A program made the translations under genes and the position numbers. From Basidiobolus meristosporus CBS 931.73 (Eukaryota > Fungi > Basidiobolomycota), in assembly GCA_002104905.1 (NCBI GenBank), contig MCFE01000249.1:50616-114615 (forward strand): a DNA stretch of 64,000 nt, given 5' to 3'. Positions 12,403 to 25,445 of the stretch are shown here, one piece after another. Position 1 is the stretch's first letter, and the number at the start of each line of letters is the position of its first letter. The notes below the pieces were generated by a model. The model saw nothing but the letters and a program-made list of their open reading frames with translations. It was not told the DNA's origin and did no database searches.

Positions 12403-15276
12403 ATGCCTCGTGATAAACAAAGACGTGGTCGTAGAGGAAAGAAATCCGGCAAGGGAGAGACCCAGGATGCTCCCGAGCAAAACTACAACGAGTATGATTC
12501 TCGGGGTGCGGCTGAGGAAAGATATGAGCCCACCTCGCAGCAGGAGTACGATGACCCCAACAATTACTATCAAGGGGAAAACGACTGGGAAAACCATAAT
12601 TTCAGCCGTGCACATTACGGTCGCTTAGATCCGGATATCCAACAATATTTCAAAGGTGTAGAATCCAAGCTTGAGAATGATGGTTTCGAGAATAACGAAG
12701 GTTGGAAACATAGGAGTTTTCTGGTATTGTGTTTCAGTAACTCATCTATTTAATTTTAGAACGTGACTTGTTCTTGGAGAACGTGTACGCTGAAGTAGAC
12801 AACAAGGAGCTTCAGCTTACCACTGACCACTCTTGCTCTCTAATTCTCGAGAAACTCTTCAAGATTTCCAACGAATTTCAGCTACGAGTGTTCTTCAGCA
12901 AACTCCCCGGAAAGTACGAGGTTTTTTAAAGAACGTTTCGAGGCACAATAACTGTCGTACTGATGAAGCTTGTTTTCTCGCTTTAGATTTATTGAGTGCT
13001 TTGTTCATCGATTCGCTTCACACGTTTGTCAAACCCTTTTGAGTTTGGCGGCTGGTGTAATGGAGCAAGAGGTAGTGTTTGATTGGTCGAATAATCCTAA
13101 AGCCTGATTCTAATGTCATTTGGAAAACAGCTGAAAGGTGAGAATGTCATTGAAAACGAAAAGAAGGAAGGTGAGGAAAATCCCCTCCCCTCTATGGAAT
13201 CCATGTTCTTGGACATGTGTAAGGTATGTCAATCATTGCGGGGATGCTCCTTAAGCTTCTTAGATACTGATACATTTCATCGCCTAGGAACTACAACCTC
13301 ACTGGAATTCCTTAATCGCTGATCCATACGCTTCCCACATCATTCGAGTTATCCTTATTATTCTCTCTGGCGAACCCCTGGAGTCCGAGAGTGGAGGAAA
13401 GACAACTGTCCGTAGTAAGAAATCCGCCAAGTACAATGAAGAGCACAATAGCACCGCACTCAAGGCATTGACCAAGCCACGCCAAGTGCCACCTAGCTTC
13501 ACCAAGATGCTAGACGAGGTTACCAACTTGATTATCACTGGTATGAGCGATGTTGTGGTCAGAAGTCTTGCGGTGCACGCGGTGGCTAGTCCAGTATTGC
13601 AGGTAAGCGGACATGGTGCTCATCTGAAGTCTGGATGTAACGGATTCTAACATTCCCATGATCAGCTTCTTTTGGTCTTGCAATCGAAGAAAGATGAGTC
13701 TTTGAATGACGATTTGATTGATAAATTGCTGATGGGTATTTCGTCAAAGCAAGGTAATTTCCCTTCGTTCTAAGGCATTGAAAGTCGTGATACTCACATG
13801 CGACGGATCGATTTAGATGAGGTCGACGATATCGGTAGACGTGACAACTTTGTGGACACTTTGATCAAGGATCAAGTTGGCTCGCATCTTTTCGAGAAGA
13901 TTCTCCAGGTCTCCTCTGCTTCCTTATTCCAGCTTATCTACACCACTTACTTCCGTGGACGCTTGGCCAACCTTTGCCAACACCCCATAGCGAATTTCGT
14001 GGTGCAGCATTTATTGACGAACGCCAAGAGCGAGGGTCAGCTGGAGGTGATGATCAGTGAGATTGTTCCGGATTTCAGCGGATTTTTGATGCGTGGGCGT
14101 TCCGGGGTTATTCGTAGCTCGATCGATGCCTGTGTTCGATTGGGTTGCTGCTACAAGGAGGTGGTCAAGGGTATCTGTAAAGCATTTGGCGCGAATACCA
14201 TGGATGAGCGTAAGGAGTTTGTGAATCTTGTCATCCGAATGCAATCATACGACCGGTATATCCACGAGCCAAGCAAATTCCACCCCCAAGGTGCTTTAAT
14301 GCTACAGTCCCTTCTTCTCTTCCCTGAGGAGCATAACAGCCTCGTCATGAACAGTTATCTCTCTCAACCATTGGACTCGACTTATAGCTGGACCCTAGAC
14401 CCTATTGGGTCCCGTGTGGTCGAATCCTTCCTCACCTCACCAAACGTCAGCCTTAAGGCCAAGCGTAAGATCATCAGAAGTTTTGCTGGCAAGTATCATG
14501 AAATGGCCATGGACAAGTATGGTAGTCACATCGTTGATAAGTGCTGGGCTGTGTCGGACATCGAGTTGAAGGAAAAGATCGCCACCGAGTTGGTGCTGAA
14601 CGAGAAGGCTATCGCAGCCTGCTTCCACGGCAAGTTCATCCTGCGTAATTGCCAGATCGACCAGTTCAAACGCAAGCGCGAAGAGTGGATCGAAAAGGAA
14701 AAGGGCGTGGAGAGAAAGAAGGAGATGTTCAAGGACATCCTTGGCGATGCAGTCTACAGTAAATCCAAAGATCAGAAGACCGACATTGCTAGAGCGAAAT
14801 TGCCAGTGCCCAGCTCCAATCTTGGTGATCTAGGATTTTCGGAGAGTATGGCTCCCGAGGCACCCACCGAAAAGAAGGACAAGAGGAAGAAACACAACCC
14901 AGAAGCCATGGTTATGAAGGAGATGGATGAGGACCTTGGTAAAAAGCAAACTTACGTTAGCGATGAGATCGATCTTTTGTTCAAGAAGAAACGTAAGCTC
15001 GGACTCACTGCACATACCAACAATGAGAGCGACCATGATAACGAGACCGAGGATGATGATGATGATGAGGAGGAGAAGGCCGAGAAGCCGGCTAAGAAGA
15101 AGTCCAAGAAATCCAAGGATCTCCTAAGCGTGCTCGATGCTATTGATGCCACCAAGAAAAAGAAATCCAAGAGCGAGAAGAAGGAGCGCAAGCAAGACAA
15201 AGAAGAGAAGTCCAAGAAGAAGTCCAAGGCGGAAAGCAAGAAAGAAAAGAAAGAAAGGCGCAAGTTCGCTAGCTAG
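12403..15276 (+). CDS. NOP9: Nucleolar protein 9 (Pumilio-repeat 18S rRNA maturation factor); multi-exon
   Basis: MPRDKQRRGRRGKK start, PUF repeats (GSHLFEK, ANFVVQ, GSRVVES, GSHIVDKCW) and a K/E-rich tail. Confidence 0.92.
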
Positions 15277-15533
15277 ATCCTGCTGCATGTGTTATAATTA
15301 TATAATAGAACAAAACTTACCTTTACCTCAAAATTTGAAGTGTAGTATTATACTGTCTAATAAATTGGCTATTTCCAGATGTCTGGCCAGAACAACCAAT
15401 TGCAAGTGTGGTGTGGTGGGATGTAATTTGTACGCGATGCACGAAAAATCAGGGCTGGGGCTCATTGCCAAGTTGTGGAAAGGGATACCAAATAGTTTCA
15501 TATCAAGTGCGCACTAGGATTTATTGCTAGAAA

Positions 15534-17032
15534 TTAATCAACACGAACTACAATTTTGCCGGTATTTTTGTTGGCTTCCATGTACAGGTGGGCTTCCTTG
15601 ATATCCTTCCAAGAGAATTCCTTGTCGACGATAATCTTGTATTCGCCATTGATGAACTTGGGGATCACGTCCTTGGAGATATCCTCGAAGAGTTTTACTT
15701 GATATTCAACACTTCGGGAGCGGAGTGTCGAGCCTTCAATTCTAAGTCTTTTACGGAGCAGCGGGCCGATGTTGAAGTTCTCAACCTGAACACCTGTGGA
15801 GGAGTTAACCTATGATCACGTGATGGAGGCCAGGGACGAGACAGTCCATACCTGACATGAAGGCTAGAATGACCATTCTTCCGTCCTTCGCCAAGATCTC
15901 AATATTGTCGTTCCAGTAGTTGGCGCCAATGAAGTCGACGATGATATCAACACCATACTGGTCGGTCGAGTTGAGGATCTATGCACAGACAAGGTGTTAG
16001 TTCTGGGGCAAGCACTTCACCGAAGCGGAATGCCTCACCTTTTCTTTGAAGCTCTCGGTTTTGTAGTTGATGGGATCGGTTGCGCCCAAGCCTTCGCAGA
16101 ATTCCAATTTGTCTCCGCTGCCAGCAGTCACGAATATTTTGTTGCTAAGAGACGACTCGTTAGAACCTGCTTCTTCACTCATCCATTCCGTTTGGGCTGT
16201 ACTTACGCTCCAGCACGCTTGGCTAGCTGAATCGCCGCAAGGCCAACCCCACTAGCTCCGGCGTGAATCAAAACATTGTCGCCTTTTTTGATGCTTGCAA
16301 TCCAGTGAAGTGCTTGATATGCAGTACACCAGGCCTAGGGGATACGGATGTTACTACATGCTTGTCTGGGCTACTCCAGAATTCATTGTATGTGCGATAC
16401 CGCATACCTCAGGAACTGCGGCTGCCTCTTTAAAGCTTAGTTCGTCAGGAAGGTGCATTGCCATTGATTCGTGGATAGCACAGTACTATTCCATGTATTT
16501 GCTATTAGTGAAGGAATATATAGCCACAGCGACTTTGCCACTAACCTCGGCGTAAGCTCCGCCGTACATCAAACCGAAAACCTTGTCACCCTCTTTGAAA
16601 TTCGTCACTATGTAGATATGAAGTATAGAAGGTTAGTCGTGTTGTTTGACCCTTTTGAACCACAAGACGTATCCGTACCACTGGCACCCACACGCTCCAC
16701 CACACCCGACATCTCCACGCCCAATATCTGACTAACGTCCTTTGAAACAGGGTATTTCCCTTCTCTTTGAAGGATGTCCATACGGTTCAAGGCAAAGTAA
16801 TGGACCTTTTGGTGGATAGACAAAGTTAGCGTGCGTTGATAAACTGCTGCCACATATTGAGCCTCTGGATACCTTTACAAGGAGCTCGTGATCCTTGATC
16901 TGAGGAATTTCCGTTTCGCCATGGTAGAGTTGGCTCGAGTCACCTGAGTAGTAAATGTGTAAGTTTCGGTCCGGAAGACTTAAAAGATCTCTAGAGATCT
17001 TTACCAGGCTGCTTTACAAGTACGGCTTTCAT
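15534..17032 (-). CDS. NAD(P)H:quinone oxidoreductase, PIG3/TP53I3 family (MDR superfamily); multi-exon
   Basis: [10 protein letters not shown] start, [49 protein letters not shown], and ends [15 protein letters not shown]. Confidence 0.88.
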
Positions 17033-17247
17033 GATTGTTTAGTAGTGCAGGGATGCTTACCACTCCAGCCTTATATACTGGCGGTATATTAGTAATTGAT
17101 GAATCACTCAATTTATCGAGAACATACCGAGAATGTGGATGTTACGTGGTCGCCGTTTATGGATGATACCGATAATTTTATTTCAGGTTGATAGTGACTA
17201 ATAGGAAAGCATGGTGGATCTCGGGAAATTTGATAGGTGATGGCTAT

Positions 17248-20200
17248 CTATAGCTCGTCTTTGATCTCTGGAGCAGCGACAGTGGCTGATTGGATTACTG
17301 TGGCTGATTCTTTTGCTGAACGTTTGTCAGAATTCAGTCTTTTAACCAGCTGATGGACTTCCTCGTCGTAGCCTTCCCATTCCGGTAGTAAGCGCTTCGC
17401 ACGCTCGAGCTTCGGCTCCTTGGTCATGGGATTGTTGCACTGATGGTGATAGATGGATTAGTAAACACACAGGTAAACACACAGGCGAGGATCAAGCCTG
17501 AAACTTACCAGATCAATGGTCTTGGCTTTCTTGAGCGAACCGTCACTGCACCATGTTTCGCACCAAAGCCATTCCACCGGTAGGGAGTGGATGGGCACTT
17601 CATGTTGCATGTTATTTGGCAAGTCCTGATCCAGATTTGCCAAGGAGTTGGGATCGGCGCTGAGTGCATGGTACTGTCCACGGAGTCTATCCCCGGCAGC
17701 CATCTGCCTGAAGCGGTTCAGATCGATCACGTAGAGCGCGCTGATGTGATACGGTTTTCCTTGAAGATGGTTTTGCCAATAGCCGTGCTTCCAGAATCTG
17801 AATCCATCGATTTCCGGTCTATCGTCACAGAAAGGAGTGTATCCATAAGGCGCGCCATGAAGATCCATGTCCACAAGCTCCTTCAGATCAGCACGGACTA
17901 CCTGATCAGCGTCTACGAAGATCACCTTGTTCAGGTCGAGCGGGAAGAGCACATCTAGGAAGAGGATCTTGTATCCCCAGATCGTGCGTTGTTTCTCGGT
18001 CTGGCCGCGAAGCCAGTGAGGCCACTTGTATGTGACCAGCTCGTAATCGAAGTTGTGCTCCTTGGCCATGTGAGGCAAAAAGTCCTTGAACGACGGGGAA
18101 AGGAAATTCTCGATAAACCAGAACTTCACCGTGCTCTCGGTGTTCTTCAAGACACTGAGGATCATGATGGACAAGAAGCGCTCGTAAAGATGTCCCGAGG
18201 CCACCGAGAATACGTTGATCTCTGCTTGCCGTTTCTGGATCTCCTTTGAAGCTTCGGGCGCTTCGTTCGATTTCTCCTTGAAGATCTTGGACTTCAGCGA
18301 GGCCCAGAAACCTGCTTTCTCGTTTTCTTTCGCGCTTTCCTGATCCAGTTCCTGATTCTCCATCCCGGAGTTCTTACGCACCCGTGGGAAAATCACCACC
18401 CCCTCGAAGTTGTTCAGCACCACCTCATTTCCAATTTCCTCGACCGTTCCGCTGTACCAGCCCTGGCTTCCGGAGCTCTCCAGGTGATAGAGCTCTTTGG
18501 AGCGTCCATCTCTCAGCGAGAGTTTCCACACCCCGGGGTTTGCCTTAAGCTGCAAGTAGCCAAGATTGGCCATCACAATGGTATCTACTAACGAAGGGAA
18601 GCTGGTCGTACCCAGGACAAGTTGCAAGCCTCTGGGCGGAGCATTGGTGGTCATGTCTCGGCAATGGCCCTCGACCAGAATATGCTTGAGCTGGAAGGTT
18701 GCCTCGACGCCTCTCTTGTTTCTGTCATCCAAGTCTGCCAAACGGATGTTGTCAAGATCATGGATAGAAGCGATGGGTGTTACAAGCCAAGGCGAGATGG
18801 TGTCCATTCCAAGAGTAAGAAGAGGGTCGCTTGGTAAGCCGTTGAAGCGGGCAAGGGGGGCGATCAGGTTTCCGGTTTCTGGGTCAAAGCGAGGCTCATG
18901 TTGGAAAACATATCGGTAGAATCGCTTGATTGGTAGTTTCTCCAAGTTTCTAACCGGGTTCAACAGGATCTGGATACGTACAATATCGAGCTCTGCCAAT
19001 GCTTCCAGAACGCTAGTCCACTTCTGCGCGTCTTCGCTTAGCGGGTCAAGCACACCTTGGATATCGAAGATGGCTTTATCTTGATCACCCACAGTGATCA
19101 ACTTCTCAGGCGATTGATGGTCAAAGTTAAGGCGAGAGCGTACCGCTGGCTTGTTCTCGAAACCATCTTGAGAGGCATGCAACATGGGGGACTGGTTTAC
19201 AACGAAGCATATCTTCATGATGGAGTCGGGGGAATCGGTGATTGTGACCAAATTCAACTCTTTCAATGCCGCAAGCAGTGGATCGACTCTTTCGCGACGT
19301 TCATATTTCACCAGAAATGCGATATCGTCTGCTGAGAGTTGCTTGACGCTCGGAATGGAGTTGATGATCCTACCGTTGATGATGATGCTTCCCACTCCCT
19401 GATGGGGCTTGATCGCGTTGTTCAAGAACCGCTTATATTGGTCCCAGTGAGCTGCAGCTACTGGCTTAAGTTCTTCAAGGGCCTGAATCCGCGAGTCCAA
19501 GGGCTCGTGGGCGACAATGTTTTCGAACAGACTCTTCAATTCCGCGATCTGGTTTTCTCCACCGTTTGCTAGTGCATTGTACAGAATCAATGACGCATCC
19601 CCTTGGGCATGGCCAGATCCCTTATGGATGAACGCAACCCGGAAATCCGGACTTTCGCCATAAGATTTGAGGGCTTCCAGTCCTAATTTAGCCCCTTCTT
19701 CGGTTGTGAAGTCAGAGATTAACCAGAGACTGACGGGTTGCGGTTGGGCGTCAGAGACATACAAGATGGTGTCAAATAACTGATCAGTGTGTTGTGTCAG
19801 GCTGTCTAGACCGATCATGTCCAGGGGCTGTTTGTCAGATACAAACAGGATCGGGTTTCTTCTGGGATAGGCAGAAGGCAGGGTCAAGAAATGTTCGTAA
19901 ACGTTGGTTTCATCAGTTATCTCTCGTCGGTAAACGGCCATCTGCAAGTATTCCACATGAATGCGATAGGTTTCGATAAGGTTTCTTTGGTATCCCTGGT
20001 GTTGAGGTGTGAGTACAGATGAATCGTTCAATCATGTAGCTCAAGTCGCTGCTTACCTGCTCTACGTCGAAGTATTTTCCATTCAAAAACATCCCCGCGT
20101 TCTTACCGGGAGTGAAATTAAATCTGGTGCTGAAGTCGCGGATCTCTGCAAGGATCTCGTCATACTTCTGATCATGAAGGAATGCCTCGAAAGTGGTCGG

Positions 20201-22322
20201 CGCTTCGGGATTTTTGATTTTACTGGAGGCAACGGTGCTCTCGAACGAGTCCTGGATGACACGGTTAAATTCGCCAGAGGGTTGGCCAAGCTTTTCGTAC
20301 ACCTAATGCACACACACACACAACAAGATTAATGCTTCTGAAGTCTCGGCTCCCGTGGAAAACCGGAACCTACCGTTTTCAGGAAAGTCATGGCTGGGAT
20401 TCTTCCATACTCAGTGAGGAAATACTCGAATGACTTCGCCATAAGAGACGCTAAATCATCCAACCTGGGTTAGTGGAGACCATGGGAATATCTGAGATCG
20501 GGAAAATCCTCACCATTGCTGTCGCTTTGGTCCACGATTGGAACAATACCAAAGCGAACAGGTACTTCTTGTCGGATGAATTCCGAGATGTCGTTCACTA
20601 CCAGGTTGAGGTGTTCCTTGACCGATAGATCCAGTGCGAACAATGCGGAGAAGATGTTTTTACGAATGTATCGCATTTGTCCTGGATATACGGGCGAGAG
20701 GAGGCTGAACATTCCTTTGGGCCAGTTGCTGTAGCGCCTATCCTTTTCAAGGTCATTCCACCAGGTGATCGCCTGGTCTGAGGCTCGAACATCGAAAATA
20801 TCCTGAAAGACCGCATTGTCACCACTCGCGCTCAGATGTGCAGAGCTCAATAGCTCAATTGCTTGGCGTGGGTTGATGGAAAAAGACTCCAATGCTGCGA
20901 TGATGCTGGCCTCGGTGCGAAGGAGTTTGACGAGGCTGAATGGGTTGATCTGAGTGGTATCGACCGGCAGCCCATTGATGTTAATAAGATTCGTTCCGGG
21001 TGATACACCTGAGGGATTGTTCATCTCGCGCTCGAATGTGGTATTGGTAGGCTGTTGAGCTAAAATATGTGCATATTTAGGGAAATTCTGCGAGATCTGG
21101 CGGAGGATACGGAGTGGTTGCTGTGATTGCAGGATATACTGCATCGTCTTTATACCAAGACCTTTGCAATAAAATTAGTATCCGTTCAAGCCTCACCGAA
21201 CATCAAAGTCTCCTACTTTTGATTTGGCCCGAGCGTAAGGCTTTAATCTCCGGAATCTCTTCATCTAGTTTGTCCACTTCAGCGTTACTTGAGCCTTCCT
21301 CCCCGTGAAGGATGGTGCTCCTGGCCTGAGCGTCGTCTTTTTCATCTAGTACGCAACAATCAGTACTTGTCAAACCCATCAATGACAATGAAGCACAAGC
21401 TCAGCTACCATGATCGACTTTTCTATCATCAACAACCATGTATTCTGTGTTCTTAAGGGCTAGCTCCACGCCATAGCCTGACAGGTACAAGGGGTCCACT
21501 TTCTTATCCGTAGGCTTATATCTTAAAACGTACGAAAGTAGGGCTTGCTCCGAGAGTTCATACAAATAATCATGAAACTCTTTAAACTTCTCCGATAAAG
21601 GGTTGGCGTACAAGATCACCATAGGAGTCTCTTTCAAATCCACTCCATCAGGGTTCTGGATGTGATCGAAGACGAGAAGTTTGCTTGTGGGGCTGAAGAG
21701 ATTGGCGTTAGGACATACGAAGTGTAACGAAAGAAGTATACAACACCACATACTTTACTGTGCTGGCGGAATACTTGCTGACTCTGCTTCTCAACTTCTC
21801 CACATCACATATTTGCTCGCCATACCAGTCAGCCCAAACAGAACAGGTTACGTCAAAAGAAGAGTCCCGTTCCATATGTTCTGGAATCACGCTAACATTA
21901 TAATAATGATAGTATGCTTGAACAGCTGGAGCAGTGTCATGGACAGCCAACGATAGTTTCAGGAGCGGTCCGGTAAATGGTGGACTCAACAACTCCTGCT
22001 TCTCAATAAGCGAGAGAATGCTGTTATATTTAACGGCCTGGGATTTCTCTGAGATGTCAGATTTTGTGATTGCGTCAAGCAGTGGGAAGAAAGCGGTTCC
22101 GTTTTGTTTGGACACATATTCCCTAAAAACCACAAGCCAAGATTAAAAAGGATGCTCTCAAGCCTGAAAGGGTAGCAAACAACAGCCTTACAGAATTTCT
22201 AGAGCTACATCAGGCGCTCCCCACGAGGTTTGTAGCCAGGTCTTAACTGGTGGCGTATCAGCAACAGCTGCACTGGAAAGATACACCACCGAAAGCAGTG
22301 CAGAGAACTTGAAGGAAACCAT
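17248..22322 (-). CDS. UDP-glucose:glycoprotein glucosyltransferase (UGGT); multi-exon
   Basis: Signal peptide MVSFKFSALLSVV, LSGYGVELALK, GT24 domain (INVFSVASGHLYERFL, WGYKILFLDVLFP, NLDQDLPN, CNNPMTKEPKL) and C-terminal ER-retrieval signal IKDEL*. Confidence 0.95.
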
Positions 22323-22626
22323 TCTTCAAGAACCGAGGGGCTCAACTAAAGCAAGAATACACTTTTTGGTATCCCGAACGTTCTTGTTTTACTAGGACAA
22401 CTTTAAGCCACGCAAATATTTATATGCATCCACCTACGTAGAATTAGGGAATCGCCGGTTGCTCAGAGTAACTGGTGTTGATTTACCAAGTTGGCACTTT
22501 TTAACTGGATTCCAGTAGTAACCAATCAACTGTTGATCTGAGTTCTGCCGAACTCAGTAAGCATTGAACAGCACCAAGACATTGTGAGGAGCAACGGATA
22601 ATAGTGCTGTTGAACGTTTATTATGT

Positions 22627-23466
22627 TTACCAATATTCCACCTTCTCTGGCTCTTCCTTGGGAAGATCTGCCTTTTCTCTAGACAGGAACCAGATATGAC
22701 TTCCCAATGTAACATAACCTGTTGTGATGCCCAGATTTCCGTATTGCCTCCAGGCTTTCTCCCCATGGCTCAAGATATGTATGTTACCTTTAGCATCGTG
22801 GCCAATAATTTTGCCAGCTCTCACAGAAGAGGATATCTGTGTCAAGCGCTGATCCAACACTGCCCATCTTCCTTTGTGATACCAATACATCTGATATCCG
22901 AGCCCATTGCGCGCATCAACCAATGCATACACGCTTTCATCGGCAGCGGCAAGGGCCACGACGTGAGAATCTTTGGGGGCTCTTACGGAAGACCATTGGC
23001 ATTGGTACCTGTCAGATAATTGGTATTTGCAATACCAAAGACGATTCGTAGGCGAGATTCCCCAGACATGTTCGAACCGGTTTCCATAGAGGTCCTTTTG
23101 TTGGGACACGGAGATGCTTGATAGCTGCCCGTTGACTTGGTACCATTTGCCGTTGGTGAACCTGAACACAGCGTTATCCTGTCCGATGCCCCAAGCAGAG
23201 TATTTATTGATGGCCGAGACAGCTTGGATGTTCCCTGGAACCTTATTCCAACCATCCTCAGTGTAAACGAAGACCTCTTGGGCATTCGTCAGACCCCACA
23301 CTGCATCATCATAACCAGCAGAAATCTGGCGTATCCCAATATCCTTTACCTCTGACCATTTGCTCTCCCCTGCAGACGTATACAGATATCCTTCTCCCAG
23401 CAAAGCGCAGCTTAGAACTGAGAGAGCGAAGAGAGGGAGGTCACAAGAGATTCCAGAAAACCGCAT
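22627..23466 (-). CDS. Secreted tectonin-repeat (TECPR) beta-propeller lectin-like protein A, intronless, 279 aa
   Basis: Hydrophobic signal peptide, then tectonin-like blades: IRQISAGYDDAVWGL, WNKVPGNIQAVSAINKYSAWGI, WYQVNGQLSSISVS...HVWGI, WAVLDQRLTQISSS. Confidence 0.75.
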   Translation of the reverse strand: MRFSGISCDLPLFALSVLSCALLGEGYLYTSAGESKWSEVKDIGIRQISAGYDDAVWGLTNAQEVFVYTEDGWNKVPGNIQAVSAINKYSAWGIGQDNAVFRFTNGKWYQVNGQLSSISVSQQKDLYGNRFEHVWGISPTNRLWYCKYQLSDRYQCQWSSVRAPKDSHVVALAAADESVYALVDARNGLGYQMYWYHKGRWAVLDQRLTQISSSVRAGKIIGHDAKGNIHILSHGEKAWRQYGNLGITTGYVTLGSHIWFLSREKADLPKEEPEKVEYW

Positions 23467-23741
23467 CGGGCCCTTAGTCTGTATCGGTCACGAAGGAAAG
23501 GAACCTTTGTTACTTCACCGAGCATCGTGCTCTCGCTATATTTGAAGCGTCTGTAACATCGGGTTGTTTGTGTCATGCGGGTTTCATTTCTTGGGTTGAA
23601 TAGTGGCGCAACCTTGAGTCACCATGTAAAACGATGTATTGTCTATTTGGCTGGGATGGGATGTTTCAACGCTCAACAAAAAGATAGTGATCTGCCACTT
23701 CCCTCTCACACTCATCCACCATCGGGTCTGTTCGTCTTGCT

Positions 23742-24743
23742 ATGTGGGGAAGACATCACCTCGTCATCAACTCTGCGCTGGTCGGCGTACTGGCTACGCT
23801 GAGCAACTCCGTAACAGGATATCTCTTCCAGACGACATCCGGCCTTGATGGGGAGTCATGGAAGAAAGTCAAGGATCTGGGGTTCAACCAGATCTCCATG
23901 GGCTTTGATGACTCCTTGTGGGCTGTCACCTCTGGAGAGGAGGTGTTCAAGCTGAATGAAAAGAAGGGCTCGTGGCGTAAGCTTCCCGGCCGGCTAGTCC
24001 AGGTGGCCGGATTGAACGAGAATCACGCCTGGGGCCTGGATAGCAGGGGGCATGTTTACCGATATAGCGATGGCTTATGGAATCAGGTGAATGGCCGACT
24101 TACCACAGTGTCAGCCAGCACCACCGATGAATACGTTCAAAGCGTAGAGCATGTCTGGGGAGTTAACAATAAAGAGCATCTAGTTTATTGTGGATACCAG
24201 AGGACCCTACGCGGGTGCAACTGGAAACGCCTGAGGGCACCGGCACACAAACTAACGCCCGTCAACGTGGCTGCTCTGGGCGACGGCCAGGTGTTCGTTA
24301 TGTTTGCCAGAGACGGCGATGGTGAGGACCTGGTCACCTATCACTGGGACAAGAAATCATGGACTCCCGTGGAATACGTCCAGCTGAAACGGATCAATGG
24401 CTCCTCCGGACGACATGTCGTCGGGTTGGATGTGAAGAACGAGATCCAAGTCTACTCCTTGGACAAAGAGGAGTGGGTGCACGTGAAATCACCTGGGGGC
24501 GAGGTAACCTACCCCGCGGTAGGAAGAACGGTGACCGCCATCACTGACAAGGCAATTCCACTTTTGCCTAAAATCAAGATAGTGCAGGAGAGCGTATCAC
24601 CCATTTCATACGAAAGCGCCGAGCAAAACGGATTCCCGGCATTTGCTGCAGGGCCACCTCCTTTTGGCGGAGTGCAATACGGGGGATATTATCATCATCC
24701 GAGATATGCATATCCAGATGGCGGATATGTAATCTCACCATAA
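23742..24743 (+). CDS. Secreted tectonin-repeat beta-propeller lectin-like protein B with Tyr/Gly/Pro-rich tail, intronless, 333 aa
   Basis: Signal peptide, then FNQISMGFDDSLWAV, WRKLPGRLVQVAGLNENHAWGL, WNQVNGRLTTVSAS...HVWGV. Clearly paralogous to 22627-23466. Confidence 0.75.
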   Translation: MWGRHHLVINSALVGVLATLSNSVTGYLFQTTSGLDGESWKKVKDLGFNQISMGFDDSLWAVTSGEEVFKLNEKKGSWRKLPGRLVQVAGLNENHAWGLDSRGHVYRYSDGLWNQVNGRLTTVSASTTDEYVQSVEHVWGVNNKEHLVYCGYQRTLRGCNWKRLRAPAHKLTPVNVAALGDGQVFVMFARDGDGEDLVTYHWDKKSWTPVEYVQLKRINGSSGRHVVGLDVKNEIQVYSLDKEEWVHVKSPGGEVTYPAVGRTVTAITDKAIPLLPKIKIVQESVSPISYESAEQNGFPAFAAGPPPFGGVQYGGYYHHPRYAYPDGGYVISP

Positions 24744-25445
24744 TAGTCATAGGCCAAACCCGGGAATAAAGTAGATTCACAAAAGAACAGAATGGATCCA
24801 CAAAGGATATGGCGCACTTTTCCACAAACCATATTCCAAAGCCTAAATGGCTGGGCTAGCCCTGTGCGATGCAGAGGGAGTAAATCAGGAAATTTAGCCA
24901 TCTACCATTCCCTGGGTGGCATTGGATTCCTGGGCCTTTTCCGCCTTCCACCTGTGGGAACGCGAGAGGTTTGTGTGACATTGATGGTGTTGTGTCTAGC
25001 ATCAGGAATGTTGAGACAGTGTGACCTGCCCTGATGTTGCATTGATGGCGATTCCCCCGATATTACATGGATTCTTGGGTGATGCTGCATGAATTCCCAG
25101 ATAGCCATGAGAATTTCTGGATGCTAAGTAGACCATCCCGATCTCATCCCAACTAGCCAACCGATGCTCCATGTTGGTTAGTTGTCCAGTTCAATAGGAA
25201 ATCTACTTAGCTATAGCGTATGCTACATGTGATAAGCCTAATAAACCCGTTGAATTCCGAGTAAAATGGCCATATACTTGTTTGCCAATGCCATATTTAC
25301 CAATCTTAGCTCCATCCAGTCCAGAGCATTTGCCAATAAATACTCGCCATGGTGCCCATTTTCTGAGTTCGCATCCTATGTGCCACATTCTTGCAAACCC
25401 CCTCCACTAGAATCAATCCTCCTTTATAATCACATCTGCACATTT

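Noticed and set aside
17461-17485. 12-bp direct repeat GTAAACACACAG x2
   Set aside because: Small slippage duplication beside the branch point of the last UGGT intron, with no sign of function.
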